Below are positions 9,534 to 18,860 of a DNA stretch of 64,000 bases, piece after piece. The translations under genes were made by a program, and so were the position numbers. Position 1 is the first letter of the stretch; every line of letters starts with the position of its first letter. The notes beneath the pieces were generated by a model. It made no database searches. It was given only the letters and a program-made list of their open reading frames with translations, and was not told the DNA's origin. The stretch comes from an uncultured Pelagibacteraceae bacterium (GTDB lineage: Bacteria > Pseudomonadota > Alphaproteobacteria > Pelagibacterales > Pelagibacteraceae). The stretch covers positions 16,244 through 80,243 of the forward strand of contig CACPPH010000001.1 in NCBI GenBank assembly GCA_902635795.1, in the 5' to 3' direction.

Positions 9534-9809
9534 ATGAATAAAAAACAACTAGTAGCAAAAATATCGTCCACACTGGGTCAAAGCAAAGCTGATGCTGAAA
9601 GAACTTTTGACTCAATAACGACTATTATTTTAGATGCTTTAAAGAATGACGATACTGTAAAAATAGCTGGTTTTGGCACATATAAAGTAGCAAAAAGAAA
9701 AGCTAGGGTGGGAAGAAACCCAAGAACAGGTGAGTCCATTCAAATCGCTGCATCTCAGAAAGTTAAGTTTTTACCAGCTAAAAGCTTAAAAGAAATGTTT
9801 AATAGATAA
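9534..9809 (+). CDS. hup: DNA-binding protein HU
   Basis: MNKKQLV...GFGTY...ARVGRNPRTGE...KF.PAKSLK. Confidence 0.95.
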   Translation: MNKKQLVAKISSTLGQSKADAERTFDSITTIILDALKNDDTVKIAGFGTYKVAKRKARVGRNPRTGESIQIAASQKVKFLPAKSLKEMFNR

Positions 9810-9818
9810 ATGTTCAAT

Positions 9819-9853
9819 TTAGCCCTTGTTTGAGTTTCTCAAATAAGGGCTAA
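9819..9853 (+). terminator. Hairpin after the HU gene (probable terminator)
   Basis: TTAGCCCTTGTTTGAG-TTT-CTCAAATAAGGGCTAA, a 16-bp stem with one G.U pair; no clear U-tract. Confidence 0.65.
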
Positions 9854-9947
9854 GTACTTGCAAAAACTGCATAGCTCAAATTAAGACAATTCAATTCTTT
9901 TTCAATAGTTAAAACCCTATAACGCACGCTTAACAAGGGAGTTAGTA

Positions 9948-11240
9948 ATGAAAAAATACTTAGGATACTTTCTAGCAGGTGCAGCCATTTATTTTGGCTT
10001 TGCAGGTCTTGGATATGCTGAGACTACAGTTTCTGCAGAAGTACAATACATTTTTAATACCCTATTATTTTTAATGTCAGGTTTCTTGGTCATGTGGATG
10101 GCCGCAGGTTTCGCAATGTTAGAGTCTGGATTAGTAACATCAAAATCTGTATCAGCAATCTGTGCTAAAAATATAGGTTTATATTCAATCGCCGGAGTTA
10201 TGTTCTGGTTGGTTGGTTACAATTTAGCTTACGGTATCCCAGAAGGCGGATATATTGGCTCATTCACGCCATGGAGTGACAATTCATCATTAGAGACAGG
10301 ATATTCTGATGGTTCTGATTGGTTCTTCCAAATGGTGTTCTGTGCCACTACAATGTCAATCGTATCTGGTACGTTAGCTGAAAGAATTAAGATCTGGCCA
10401 TTTTTCTTATTTGCCGCAATTTTAACTGGAATTATATATCCAATTTCAATGGGTTGGCAGTGGGGTGGTGGATGGTTATCGGTAGCTGGATTCTCAGATT
10501 TTGCTGGTTCAACGTTAGTACATGCTGCTGGAGGAGCCGCGGCTCTTGCAGGTGCAATCGTATTAGGCGCTAGAAGTGGCAGATTCTCAGGAAAAGGCGA
10601 GGCTAAACCGATGGCACCATTTGCTGCATCATCAATTCCGTTAGCAACATTAGGAGTATTTATACTTTGGTTAGGTTGGTTCGGATTTAATGGTGGATCT
10701 CAGTTAGCTTCTGGAACGTTAGAAGACGTTTCAGCAGTTGCAACAATTTATATCAATACGAACTTAGCTGCAGGTGGTGGTGTATTAGCTGCTGCAACAG
10801 TATCAAGAGTTATTGGTGGAAAAACTGACGTAGTGATGATGCTAAACGGCGCAATTGCTGGATTAGTAGGTATTACGGCAGAACCATTAACACCAAGTCC
10901 GTTAGCTGCAATCTTTATTGGAGCAATAGCAGGAGTACTAATGTACTTCTCAACAAAACTATTGTTCAAAATGAAAATTGATGACGTAGTTGGAGCCATC
11001 CCAGCACACTTAGTAGCTGGAGTATGGGGTACATTAGCAGTGCCATTAACAAATGGAGATGTTACTTTCGGAGCACAATTCTTAGGAACTATCTCAGTTG
11101 TGGTATTCGTATTCATAGTCTCGTTTATTGTTTTCCAAATAATTAAAAGTACAATTGGATTAAGAATAAGCAAGGAAGCTGAAAGACTAGGAACTGACAA
11201 AGCAGAGGTCGGTGTAATAGCTTACGGTATTAGAGACTAA
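9948..11240 (+). CDS. amtB: Ammonium transporter (Amt), copy 1
   Basis: DFAGSTLVH, WFGFNGGS, DDVVGAIPAH; twin-His pore residues retained. Confidence 0.95.
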   Translation: MKKYLGYFLAGAAIYFGFAGLGYAETTVSAEVQYIFNTLLFLMSGFLVMWMAAGFAMLESGLVTSKSVSAICAKNIGLYSIAGVMFWLVGYNLAYGIPEGGYIGSFTPWSDNSSLETGYSDGSDWFFQMVFCATTMSIVSGTLAERIKIWPFFLFAAILTGIIYPISMGWQWGGGWLSVAGFSDFAGSTLVHAAGGAAALAGAIVLGARSGRFSGKGEAKPMAPFAASSIPLATLGVFILWLGWFGFNGGSQLASGTLEDVSAVATIYINTNLAAGGGVLAAATVSRVIGGKTDVVMMLNGAIAGLVGITAEPLTPSPLAAIFIGAIAGVLMYFSTKLLFKMKIDDVVGAIPAHLVAGVWGTLAVPLTNGDVTFGAQFLGTISVVVFVFIVSFIVFQIIKSTIGLRISKEAERLGTDKAEVGVIAYGIRD

Positions 11241-11246
11241 TTAAAA

Positions 11247-11317
11247 TTCCCTCCCTCGTTAGTTGGGAAAAATTATAAGGCCTGTATCGGTTCCCCCGTT
11301 CAGGCCTTATTTATTTT
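11247..11317 (+). terminator. Two-hairpin 3' element of amt1 ending in an intrinsic terminator; candidate sRNA
   Basis: Hairpin TTCCC(11247-51)/GGGAA(11265-69), then ATAAGGCCTG(11275-84)/CAGGCCTTAT(11301-10), followed by TTATTTT. Confidence 0.7.
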
Positions 11318-11395
11318 ACAAAGCTCGTATGCATTTAATTCATACTTTAAAACCCTGAAAACTGATATCAAAGCATCAAAAAAAAAGGGGGAAAC

Positions 11396-12685
11396 ATGAA
11401 AAAATTAACTTTCATTTTATTAGGTTGTATTTCTGCTCTACTAATTAGTTCTCAAAGCTTTGCAGAAACTACAATGTCTCAAGAGGGACAATATATTTTT
11501 AACTCGTTAGGGTTTTATATAGGTGGAGTGCTAGTAGCTTTCATGGCAGCAGGTTTCTGTATGCTTGAGAGTGGATTAGTGACTACAAAAAGTGTATCGA
11601 CAATTGCCGCGAAAAATATAGGTAAATTCGCTATATGTTCGCTGGTATTCTTTTTAGTTGGCTATAATTTAGCTTACGGAGTGCCAGAAGGTGGTTATTT
11701 AGGTTCATTTACCATTTGGACTGACTCGTCTAATGCTGAAACAGGATATTCAGGCTATTCAGACTGGTTCTTTCAAACAATGTTCGTGTGCGCAACAGCT
11801 TCAATTGTATCTGGAGCAGTAGCAGAGAGAATTAAGATCTGGCCATTCTTCATTTTTGCAGCAGTGATGGCCGGAATTATTTATCCAATTTCTATGGGCT
11901 GGCAATGGGGAGGAGGCTGGTTAGCAAGTGGCGGATTTTCAGATTTTGCGGGATCCACTTTGGTTCACGGGTGTGGAGGTGCAGCAGCACTTGCGGGAGT
12001 TATAGTCTTAGGCGCTCGAGAAGGAAGGTTTGGCAGAAAAGGTGAAAAAAAATCTATGCAGCCTTTCGCAGCATCAAGTATTCCATTAGTAACTTTAGGA
12101 ACTTTTTTACTTTGGTTTGGTTGGTTTGGATTTAATGGCTTTAGCCAATTAGCAATGGGAACATTTGATGATGTAAATGCAATTTCAAAAATTGCAGTGA
12201 ACACGCATTTAGCTGGCGCAGCAGGAACTTTTACAGGCGCAGCTATAACTAGATTAATTGGTGGTAAAACCGATATAGTTATGATGCTTAATGGTGCATT
12301 AGCGGGTTTAGTTGCTATTACAGCTGAACCTTTAACACCAGGACCTATTACAGCAATGTTCATTGGATCTATAGGGGCAATTATAATGTACTTTGGTACA
12401 AAAATGTTGGAAAGCTACGGGTTAGATGATGTAGTTGGTGCTATTCCAGTACACATGTTTGCAGGTATATTTGGAACACTTGTAGTTCCTTTAACTAATC
12501 CGGAAACATCTTTTGGAACTCAATTCATAGGTACAGCATCTGTATGTATATTTAGTTTTGTATTATCCTGGGTTACTTTTACAATTCTTAAGTCAACAAT
12601 TGGTTTGAGAATTAGTAAAGCAGCTGAGAAACTAGGAACAGATAAAGCTGAAGTGGGTGTTACTGCTTATTCGATAAGAGATTAA
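11396..12685 (+). CDS. amtB: Ammonium transporter (Amt), copy 2
   Basis: DFAGSTLVH, WFGFNG, DDVVGAIPVH; clear paralogue of 9948-11240. Confidence 0.95.
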   Translation: MKKLTFILLGCISALLISSQSFAETTMSQEGQYIFNSLGFYIGGVLVAFMAAGFCMLESGLVTTKSVSTIAAKNIGKFAICSLVFFLVGYNLAYGVPEGGYLGSFTIWTDSSNAETGYSGYSDWFFQTMFVCATASIVSGAVAERIKIWPFFIFAAVMAGIIYPISMGWQWGGGWLASGGFSDFAGSTLVHGCGGAAALAGVIVLGAREGRFGRKGEKKSMQPFAASSIPLVTLGTFLLWFGWFGFNGFSQLAMGTFDDVNAISKIAVNTHLAGAAGTFTGAAITRLIGGKTDIVMMLNGALAGLVAITAEPLTPGPITAMFIGSIGAIIMYFGTKMLESYGLDDVVGAIPVHMFAGIFGTLVVPLTNPETSFGTQFIGTASVCIFSFVLSWVTFTILKSTIGLRISKAAEKLGTDKAEVGVTAYSIRD

Positions 12686-12692
12686 AAATTCG

Positions 12693-12724
12693 TTAAAAGG
12701 GCTTGTGTAAACAAGCCCTTTTAA
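12693..12724. terminator. Bidirectional intrinsic terminator
   Basis: TTAAAAGGGCTTGT-GTAA-ACAAGCCCTTTTAA between convergent genes. Confidence 0.85.
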
Positions 12725-12728
12725 ACTT

Positions 12729-13298
12729 TCACATATTTTTCAATTCAATATCAGTTATTTTACCACTACATAAGATGCTTTTCTCATTATTTGGATGTAT
12801 GATGCTAATTTTAATTTGAGTTTTATTTAAGATCTCTTTTTTTTGACCTTCATTTAAATTTGTTATGTTAAGAATGTTTTGATTTATTGAATCGGAGATT
12901 AAATCCTTATTAACAAGACTATTAAGTTTTTGTGTAAAAAATGAATAACCATATTTATTTGTAAATAATTTGTTTCGTATTTGAGTACAATCTTTTATTT
13001 TTGGAAAGTATTTTTTTGTTTTATATCTTTTTCTATCCATCAAGGCATCTAATGAAATTATAAAATTATTTTTTGTATCAAATCTAAAATTATAATCAAT
13101 TTTCTGATAAGCAATTCCTGTGATACCGCCACCTTGAAAAATTTTCGTTAAGTTCTTTTGAAAAAAAATATCAAATTTTAAAACTATAAAGTCTTTTAGG
13201 GGTATATATTTTTTATCTAAATCATCTATATTCGCCTTCAAGTTCAAATTAAAGGAGGATAATAATAATATGATTATTAAAAATAATTTAATTTTCAT
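12729..13298 (-). CDS. Hypothetical exported protein
   Basis: 189-aa ORF with a signal-like N-terminus; overlaps the upstream gene's stop. Confidence 0.6.
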   Translation of the reverse strand: MKIKLFLIIILLLSSFNLNLKANIDDLDKKYIPLKDFIVLKFDIFFQKNLTKIFQGGGITGIAYQKIDYNFRFDTKNNFIISLDALMDRKRYKTKKYFPKIKDCTQIRNKLFTNKYGYSFFTQKLNSLVNKDLISDSINQNILNITNLNEGQKKEILNKTQIKISIIHPNNEKSILCSGKITDIELKNM

Positions 13299-14313
13299 TT
13301 TCTTCCCATATTTTTTTCCAATTTATATTTGGAGATAAGCCAAAAATAGAATTTACATTAGTGAAATGTAAAGCTAGAGACGGAATAGGTGATATACATA
13401 ACTCTTTTTCATAAATATCATGCAATGGTTTTTCAAAAGGATAATGCTCTTTTTCACACATGCTTACAAATTTATCCCAGTATTTTTCAACCATTTTTCT
13501 ACTAGTTAGAAAAGTGCAAAGTGACTCACTAATTTTACGCCAATGGTTTTTTTCTCCTAGAAAATTTTGTGTATATTCCGCTTTAGTATAAAGATAAGGA
13601 TAGTCACTTGGGCAAATAATTATTTCTCTATTTAATTGGGTTGAAATACGTTCATAAGTCAAAACCATCTCACTTAAAGAGTTTTTAGTATGTAAATAAT
13701 CGTCTTCAACAAAGTATATTAGATCTTTCGCATTTTTTGCCTCTAATAAAGATTGATTTATATTAGCCATATTCGAAATCTGGTTCACGGAAACATTTTC
13801 GCCTTTTTCGTTTACTTTTTCAATTTTACTTTCAAATTTTGTTAAGTCTAAATTTATTAGTTTAAATTTTGTATCGTAATTTTCAAAAATTTTTTTAATT
13901 TTCTTTAAATTTTGTTCGGAGGAGTCGTGATCGATGACTGTAAATTTTATTTCAAGGTCTTCAAGTTGGGTACTATAAATTACTGAATTTAACAAAGATT
14001 TGATGGTTCTTAAAGTATATTCTATCTTTTCCTTTTCAAATAGTCTTTTCTTGTTTTGTGTGAGCATATTAACACTCGTACAAGTTCTGATTATAATATC
14101 TATTGATTTTACTTTTCTTGTAGTTTTTATAATCCCTAAAGGTAAATTGATAGAATACTTACCCAATTTACTTAATTCATCGTCTACATTTTTATTTAAT
14201 GTAGGTATATTGAAATTATTCTGATCTATTATTTCGTACCCTAATTTTCTACAAAGTTTAATAAAAATTTTTTTCAAAATTCCTATTTTTTTCATTTTTT
14301 CTATATTTTTCAT
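13288..14313 (-). CDS. Glycosyltransferase family 2-like protein
   Basis: VIDHDSS and YFVEDDYLH (DxD-like) motifs. Start uncertain (14295, 14313 or 14349). Confidence 0.65.
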   Translation of the reverse strand: MKNIEKMKKIGILKKIFIKLCRKLGYEIIDQNNFNIPTLNKNVDDELSKLGKYSINLPLGIIKTTRKVKSIDIIIRTCTSVNMLTQNKKRLFEKEKIEYTLRTIKSLLNSVIYSTQLEDLEIKFTVIDHDSSEQNLKKIKKIFENYDTKFKLINLDLTKFESKIEKVNEKGENVSVNQISNMANINQSLLEAKNAKDLIYFVEDDYLHTKNSLSEMVLTYERISTQLNREIIICPSDYPYLYTKAEYTQNFLGEKNHWRKISESLCTFLTSRKMVEKYWDKFVSMCEKEHYPFEKPLHDIYEKELCISPIPSLALHFTNVNSIFGLSPNINWKKIWEENEN

Positions 14314-14351
14314 ACTAGTAAAATATATATAATAGTTTAAATATTTCATCT

Positions 14352-14750
14352 ATGAGTATTAAATCCTCTCAAATATTGGTCGAAGAAGCCAAAAAATCAA
14401 TAGAAACTCTAAACTCAGATCAAGCAAAGAAACTTTTTGAAAAAAAAGAGATCACTCTTATTGACGTTAGAGATATTAGAGAACTTTGGAAAGATGGTAC
14501 AATCGAAAATTCGAAACATATACCGAGAGGAATGCTTGAGTTTTGGCTAGACCCCGAAAGTAAATACTACAAAGAAAATAAAATCAAGGATGTAAAAAAA
14601 ATGGTATTATTTTGTGCTCTTGGTTGGCGATCGGCACTAGCAACTAAGTCTTTAGTAGATATGGGTTTTAAAAATGTTGCTCATGTTGATGGAGGTTTCG
14701 AGTCATTAAAAAAATCTGGATTCAAAGTCGTCGAAAAAGTAAAAAAATAG
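14352..14750 (+). CDS. Rhodanese-like domain protein
   Basis: LIDVRD, HIPRGMLEF, FCALGWRSALA, DGGF. Confidence 0.9.
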   Translation: MSIKSSQILVEEAKKSIETLNSDQAKKLFEKKEITLIDVRDIRELWKDGTIENSKHIPRGMLEFWLDPESKYYKENKIKDVKKMVLFCALGWRSALATKSLVDMGFKNVAHVDGGFESLKKSGFKVVEKVKK

Positions 14751-14751
14751 A

Positions 14752-15339
14752 TTATTTACTTGCTTCATTTAATACAAATTCAATCCTGTCTTGACCCCAA
14801 AAAATTTTATTATTTGATACAAATGTAGGTGCACCAAAAACCCCTTTTTCATAAGCTTCGCTAGTTCTTTTTTTTAGCAGGTCCTTAATAGATGAAGATG
14901 AAGACCTTAATATAAATGTTTTAGGATTAACATTTAAATTTTTTAATACTTTGTAAAAAATATTTTCATCGTTTAAATTTAAGCCGTCTTGCCAAATAGT
15001 GTCAAAAATACTGTCTATATAATAACTTTTAAAATTATCTTCTTCAGCTACAAGTACTCCCCTCATAAGATTTAAGCTTTTAATTGGAAAATAGGAGTTA
15101 AATTTAAATTTTGTGTTATTTTTTTCTGCTATTAATTTACAATCTCTTATCATATGTCTTGCCTTAGCAGGAATAAAAGCAGGCGCCTTTATTCCATGTA
15201 AATTGTGCAACCCGCCGAGTAGTATAGGAAGGTAGCGTACCTTAATTGCAGCTTTACTCTCAATTTTTCTTATTTTCTTATGAGCAAGAAATGAATATGG
15301 ACTTACGAAGTCGAAATAAAAATCAAAGGGTTTAATCAT
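14752..15339 (-). CDS. 2-hydroxychromene-2-carboxylate isomerase / kappa-GST (DsbA-like)
   Basis: FYFDFVSPYSFL, GVFGAPTF, FWGQDR. Confidence 0.9.
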   Translation of the reverse strand: MIKPFDFYFDFVSPYSFLAHKKIRKIESKAAIKVRYLPILLGGLHNLHGIKAPAFIPAKARHMIRDCKLIAEKNNTKFKFNSYFPIKSLNLMRGVLVAEEDNFKSYYIDSIFDTIWQDGLNLNDENIFYKVLKNLNVNPKTFILRSSSSSIKDLLKKRTSEAYEKGVFGAPTFVSNNKIFWGQDRIEFVLNEASK

Positions 15340-15802
15340 TGAAACTGATTTTTTTTGCAAAGAAAATTCTTAGAAACCAATAAATTATTAAACCAACTGG
15401 GCCTGAAAAATAAGTTAAGATTAATGAAAAAACCGTAATTATTCTTGGAATGAAATATTTTCTCGAATCTCTTGCAATCCAAGCACCAGCAAAAAGACTT
15501 ATTGCAAGAAAATGTAACCAAAAAATTAGTAGTAAATTTTCGTTTGAAAACATTGAATAAAGTCCATCTATCCCATCGTATAATTCAAATCCATCAAAAA
15601 TATTATTTTCTAAATAAAGATTGTAAGATAAAAAAACATAAGCTGTCCCTAAAATTAATGGAACTATTATAGATTGCACAAAAAAAGCTGTTATTGCATG
15701 ATTGGGTGCAAAAATTAATAATAACCAAAATGGTATTATTCCCCAATTTGCCATCAAATAAATAGTTTCAGGATTTAATAAAGACAATAGATTATTTAAC
15801 AT
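15332..15802 (-). CDS. ABA4-like (DUF4281) membrane protein
   Basis: PFWLLLIFAP, WLHFLAISLFAGAWI..D, GPVGL. Confidence 0.8.
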   Translation of the reverse strand: MLNNLLSLLNPETIYLMANWGIIPFWLLLIFAPNHAITAFFVQSIIVPLILGTAYVFLSYNLYLENNIFDGFELYDGIDGLYSMFSNENLLLIFWLHFLAISLFAGAWIARDSRKYFIPRIITVFSLILTYFSGPVGLIIYWFLRIFFAKKISFND

Positions 15803-15828
15803 AAAAAATAATATAGTATATTACTCCA

Positions 15829-16389
15829 ATGAATCCCACATCTAATAAAAGTGATTTTGAAGATCTGACCACAAATTTAAAAGACCTAGCTTATTCTTAT
15901 CTTGAAAAATATAATCCTTCTAAACAACAATTAAAAGTGTATTTGCTTAAAAAATATTTAACAAAAATTAAAGGAAGTAAATCAAAAAAAGAAGTTACAT
16001 CAATAATAGATGAAATAATTTTAAACTTAGAAAAAAATAAGATATTGAATGACGAAATGTATTCAGATTCTAAAGCTAGAATGTTATTGAGAAGAGGGTA
16101 CTCTTTGAACAAAATTAATCAATCCTTAAGGGGCAAAGGCATAGAAAGTAAATTCATAAAAATTAGTATTGATAAAATTAAAGAAAATCAAATTGAACCA
16201 GATTTTGTATCTGCATTGAAGCTTTGTAAGCGAAGGAGAATTGGCCCAGTAAGATCGGAAAATAATCGAGAATTATTTTACAAGAAAGATATGGGAATAT
16301 TAGCAAGAGGCGGTTTTAGTTTCGATTTATCTAAAAGAATTTTGGATCTTGACCCAGATGAGTTTCAAAAATTAATCAAGATTATCTGA
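15829..16389 (+). CDS. recX: RecX-family regulatory protein
   Basis: A.SYLEKY..S, LNDEMY, RRGYS...I...L..KG, LARGGFS. Confidence 0.75.
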   Translation: MNPTSNKSDFEDLTTNLKDLAYSYLEKYNPSKQQLKVYLLKKYLTKIKGSKSKKEVTSIIDEIILNLEKNKILNDEMYSDSKARMLLRRGYSLNKINQSLRGKGIESKFIKISIDKIKENQIEPDFVSALKLCKRRRIGPVRSENNRELFYKKDMGILARGGFSFDLSKRILDLDPDEFQKLIKII

Positions 16390-16515
16390 TTTTCTTTTTT
16401 TTTCTTCCTGAACTAAAACATCTAGTTTTCTTTTTAAAGCATTTCTAACTAGTATAAAAAAAATAACACCAAACAATGTCACAGAAATAATTATAATCAA
16501 AATAGTTTTAGTCAT
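16372..16515 (-). CDS. Small single-TM hypothetical protein (47 aa)
   Basis: Not in the ORF track: MTKTILIIIISVTLFGVIFFILVRNALKRKLDVLVQEEKKRKSDNLD. ATG overlaps the end of cysQ. Confidence 0.55.
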   Translation of the reverse strand: MTKTILIIIISVTLFGVIFFILVRNALKRKLDVLVQEEKKRKSDNLD

Positions 16516-17287
16516 TTAAATTTTCAGCTCGTTTAATTAAAAGACTTGGATTTCTATAATCCTCTTTACCGTATAAAAAAGGTTTTTCATCTAAAGTTTT
16601 TATAATTGCACCTGCATTTTGAGCTACAGCATGTCCAGCTGCATAATCCCATTCATTTGCTCTTTCCCTTGCAGCGTAAATATCATATTCTCCTGTTGCT
16701 ATAACACAAAATTTATAAGAGCTTGCCATTTTGACTATAGAAGTAACATTATACTCTTTAAGTTTATTTAAAATTAAATCGGATGGTTTTATAACACTTG
16801 ACAAGGCAACTATCTTATTTTTAGGTTGTTGTTTTTTACAATTTAATTTTCTTATTTTATTTTGTTCAATTAAATAACTTTCACCAGGACCATAAGTAAA
16901 AAAAAGTCTATTTTTTTTTGGAACACCAACAACCCCCAGCACTGGTACAGTATTTATTATTAAAGCTGCATTCAAAGTAAATTCATCCTTCCCTGCTATA
17001 TATTCTTTCGTTCCATCGATTGGATCAATTAACCAAAAGATTTTTGAAGTATTTTTCTTTCCCAAATCTACCGTTTCCTCAGATACTATTGGAATGGAGG
17101 GTGTCAATTCATATATTTTTTTAGTAATCAATTCGTTCACTCTTAAGTCACCATTACTTACAGGAGAATTATCCTCTTTAATTTCAATTTTTAAGCCTTC
17201 TTTAAAGAGTCTAATAGACTCTTTTCCGGCGAATTGAAAAGTTTCGATTAGATTTTCGGCAATTTCTTTAAGTTTTAATTTATTCAT
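16508..17287 (-). CDS. cysQ: 3'(2'),5'-bisphosphate nucleotidase CysQ
   Basis: K.DNSPVS.GD, SEE, WLIDPIDGTKEY, EWDYAAGHA. Confidence 0.9.
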   Translation of the reverse strand: MNKLKLKEIAENLIETFQFAGKESIRLFKEGLKIEIKEDNSPVSNGDLRVNELITKKIYELTPSIPIVSEETVDLGKKNTSKIFWLIDPIDGTKEYIAGKDEFTLNAALIINTVPVLGVVGVPKKNRLFFTYGPGESYLIEQNKIRKLNCKKQQPKNKIVALSSVIKPSDLILNKLKEYNVTSIVKMASSYKFCVIATGEYDIYAARERANEWDYAAGHAVAQNAGAIIKTLDEKPFLYGKEDYRNPSLLIKRAENLND

Positions 17288-17453
17288 TATCAATTTTTTC
17301 TAACTTAATATTTTCAATATTAATTACTCTTTTTCCAAAATTTTCAAAGTTTACAGTGACTTTATTGCCTATAATTGATTGCACTTGCCCAACTCCCCAA
17401 TCTTTATTCTCAGGGTTTTTTACGTAATCTCCTGGCTCGAAGTCAATTAGCAT
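17280..17453 (-). CDS. DUF3553-family small protein (57 aa)
   Basis: Not in the ORF track: [57 protein letters not shown] (DWG.GQVQS...TVNFE motif). Confidence 0.85.
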   Translation of the reverse strand: MLIDFEPGDYVKNPENKDWGVGQVQSIIGNKVTVNFENFGKRVINIENIKLEKIDNE

Positions 17454-17492
17454 TATGGAAAAAAGTATTTAATTATATTATATACTTTTAAT

Positions 17493-18620
17493 ATGAATTC
17501 TCTAGGAATTAATAAACCTAAAAAGGAAACAAAAGTCGTTGTAGCTATGTCTGGAGGAGTTGACTCCTCCGTTGTAGCAGCTCTTATGAAAGAAGAAGGG
17601 TACAATGTTACGGGTATTACTCTAAAACTTTACGATGATACTAAGAAAGCTGAAAAAGGGAGACAATGTTGCGCAGGTCAAGATATTTTAGATGCTAAAA
17701 GAGTTTCTGAGAAGATTAATATCGAACATGAAATTTTATATTATCAAAAAAAATTTAAAACCGAAGTAATCGACTCATTTATTGATAGCTATGTAGCCGG
17801 TGAAACTCCAATACCTTGTGTACAATGCAATCAAACTGTTAAATTTAGAGATCTTTTTAAATATGCTAAAGATTTAAACGCAGATGCATTAATCACTGGT
17901 CATTACGTCTCTAGGTTAAAAAGAAACGGTCACGCAAGTATGTACAGAGCTAAAGATCATAATAGGGATCAAAGCTATTTTTTATTTAGTACTACGCAAG
18001 AGCAACTTGAATATTTGAGATTTCCTTTAGGTGAAATCGACAAATCTGAAACAAGGTCAATAGCAAAAAAGTTGAACCTTAATGTCGCTGATAAACCAGA
18101 TAGTCAAGATATTTGTTTTGTTCCAAATGGAGATTATAGTTCAGTGATAAAGAGATTCAGACCAGAGTCATTTATGAAAGGAAAAATAATTGATTTAAGT
18201 GGAAAACAAATTGGAGAACATCAAGGTATAATAAATTACACAATTGGTCAAAGAAAAGGAATTAAAATTTCAAGCGACAAACCATTATATGTCATTAATA
18301 TAAATGCCGAAAATAATACAGTGATAGTAGGCAAAAAAGAAAACTTGGAAATAAAAGAAATACAATTGAGAGATCTTAACATTTTATCACCGAAAAAAGA
18401 ATTCGATCAAATTATAAATATTAAGGTGAGATCTACTGGGAGATTTTTAAAAGCTAAGATAAATTTTAAGAATGAAAATGTTAGAGTAGAAATTTTAGAT
18501 AAAGAAACAGGAATTTCTCCTGGTCAAGCATGTGTTTTTTATTCAAAAGATGAAGTTGGGGATAAGGTCCTTGGCGGAGGATGGATAGACAAGACTTTTA
18601 ATAATAATTTATCCACTTAA
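17493..18620 (+). CDS. mnmA: tRNA 2-thiouridine(34) synthase
   Basis: [50 protein letters not shown]. Confidence 0.97.
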   Translation: MNSLGINKPKKETKVVVAMSGGVDSSVVAALMKEEGYNVTGITLKLYDDTKKAEKGRQCCAGQDILDAKRVSEKINIEHEILYYQKKFKTEVIDSFIDSYVAGETPIPCVQCNQTVKFRDLFKYAKDLNADALITGHYVSRLKRNGHASMYRAKDHNRDQSYFLFSTTQEQLEYLRFPLGEIDKSETRSIAKKLNLNVADKPDSQDICFVPNGDYSSVIKRFRPESFMKGKIIDLSGKQIGEHQGIINYTIGQRKGIKISSDKPLYVININAENNTVIVGKKENLEIKEIQLRDLNILSPKKEFDQIINIKVRSTGRFLKAKINFKNENVRVEILDKETGISPGQACVFYSKDEVGDKVLGGGWIDKTFNNNLST

Positions 18621-18688
18621 TTAACACAAAAAAAATAGACACGTATTAAGTGATTACTCTAAAATAGTTTTTGTGATGTAATGTTTTT

Positions 18689-18832
18689 AATTAAGAGGCA
18701 ACTCTTAACTGACCATTTAAGGAAAAACCGAGAGGTTCAAGCTTAAGGGGCAGAAAGATGGACCTAGTAGCGCTAGAATAGTCCGTCGGGATGGCTTGGC
18801 GGTAGCGCCTACAACGACGAGCCAAAACTACT
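18689..18832 (+). ncRNA. Structured intergenic RNA, IMES-2-like
   Basis: GC-richer non-coding island with four stem domains, two capped by GNRA loops (GCAA, GAGA). Sequence resembles the marine IMES-2 motif as I recall it; not verified. Confidence 0.65.
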
Positions 18833-18860
18833 AAATTTCTGGGCGAAAGCCTAGAAATTT
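18833..18860 (+). terminator. Terminator hairpin of the ncRNA (likely bidirectional)
   Basis: AAATTTCTGGGC-GAAA-GCCTAGAAATTT. Confidence 0.75.

Noticed and set aside
10748-12363. Antisense ORFs inside the amt genes (also 2940-3296, 24884-25306, 56952-57449, 60683-61141 and similar)
   Set aside because: Fully overlap well-supported genes on the opposite strand and have no motifs; codon-bias shadows.
18681-18746. 21-codon ORF MFLIKRQLLTDHLRKNREVQA, or tmRNA/riboswitch identity for the structured RNA
   Set aside because: No RBS; no tag reading frame or tRNA-like CCA end; no downstream gene on the same strand.
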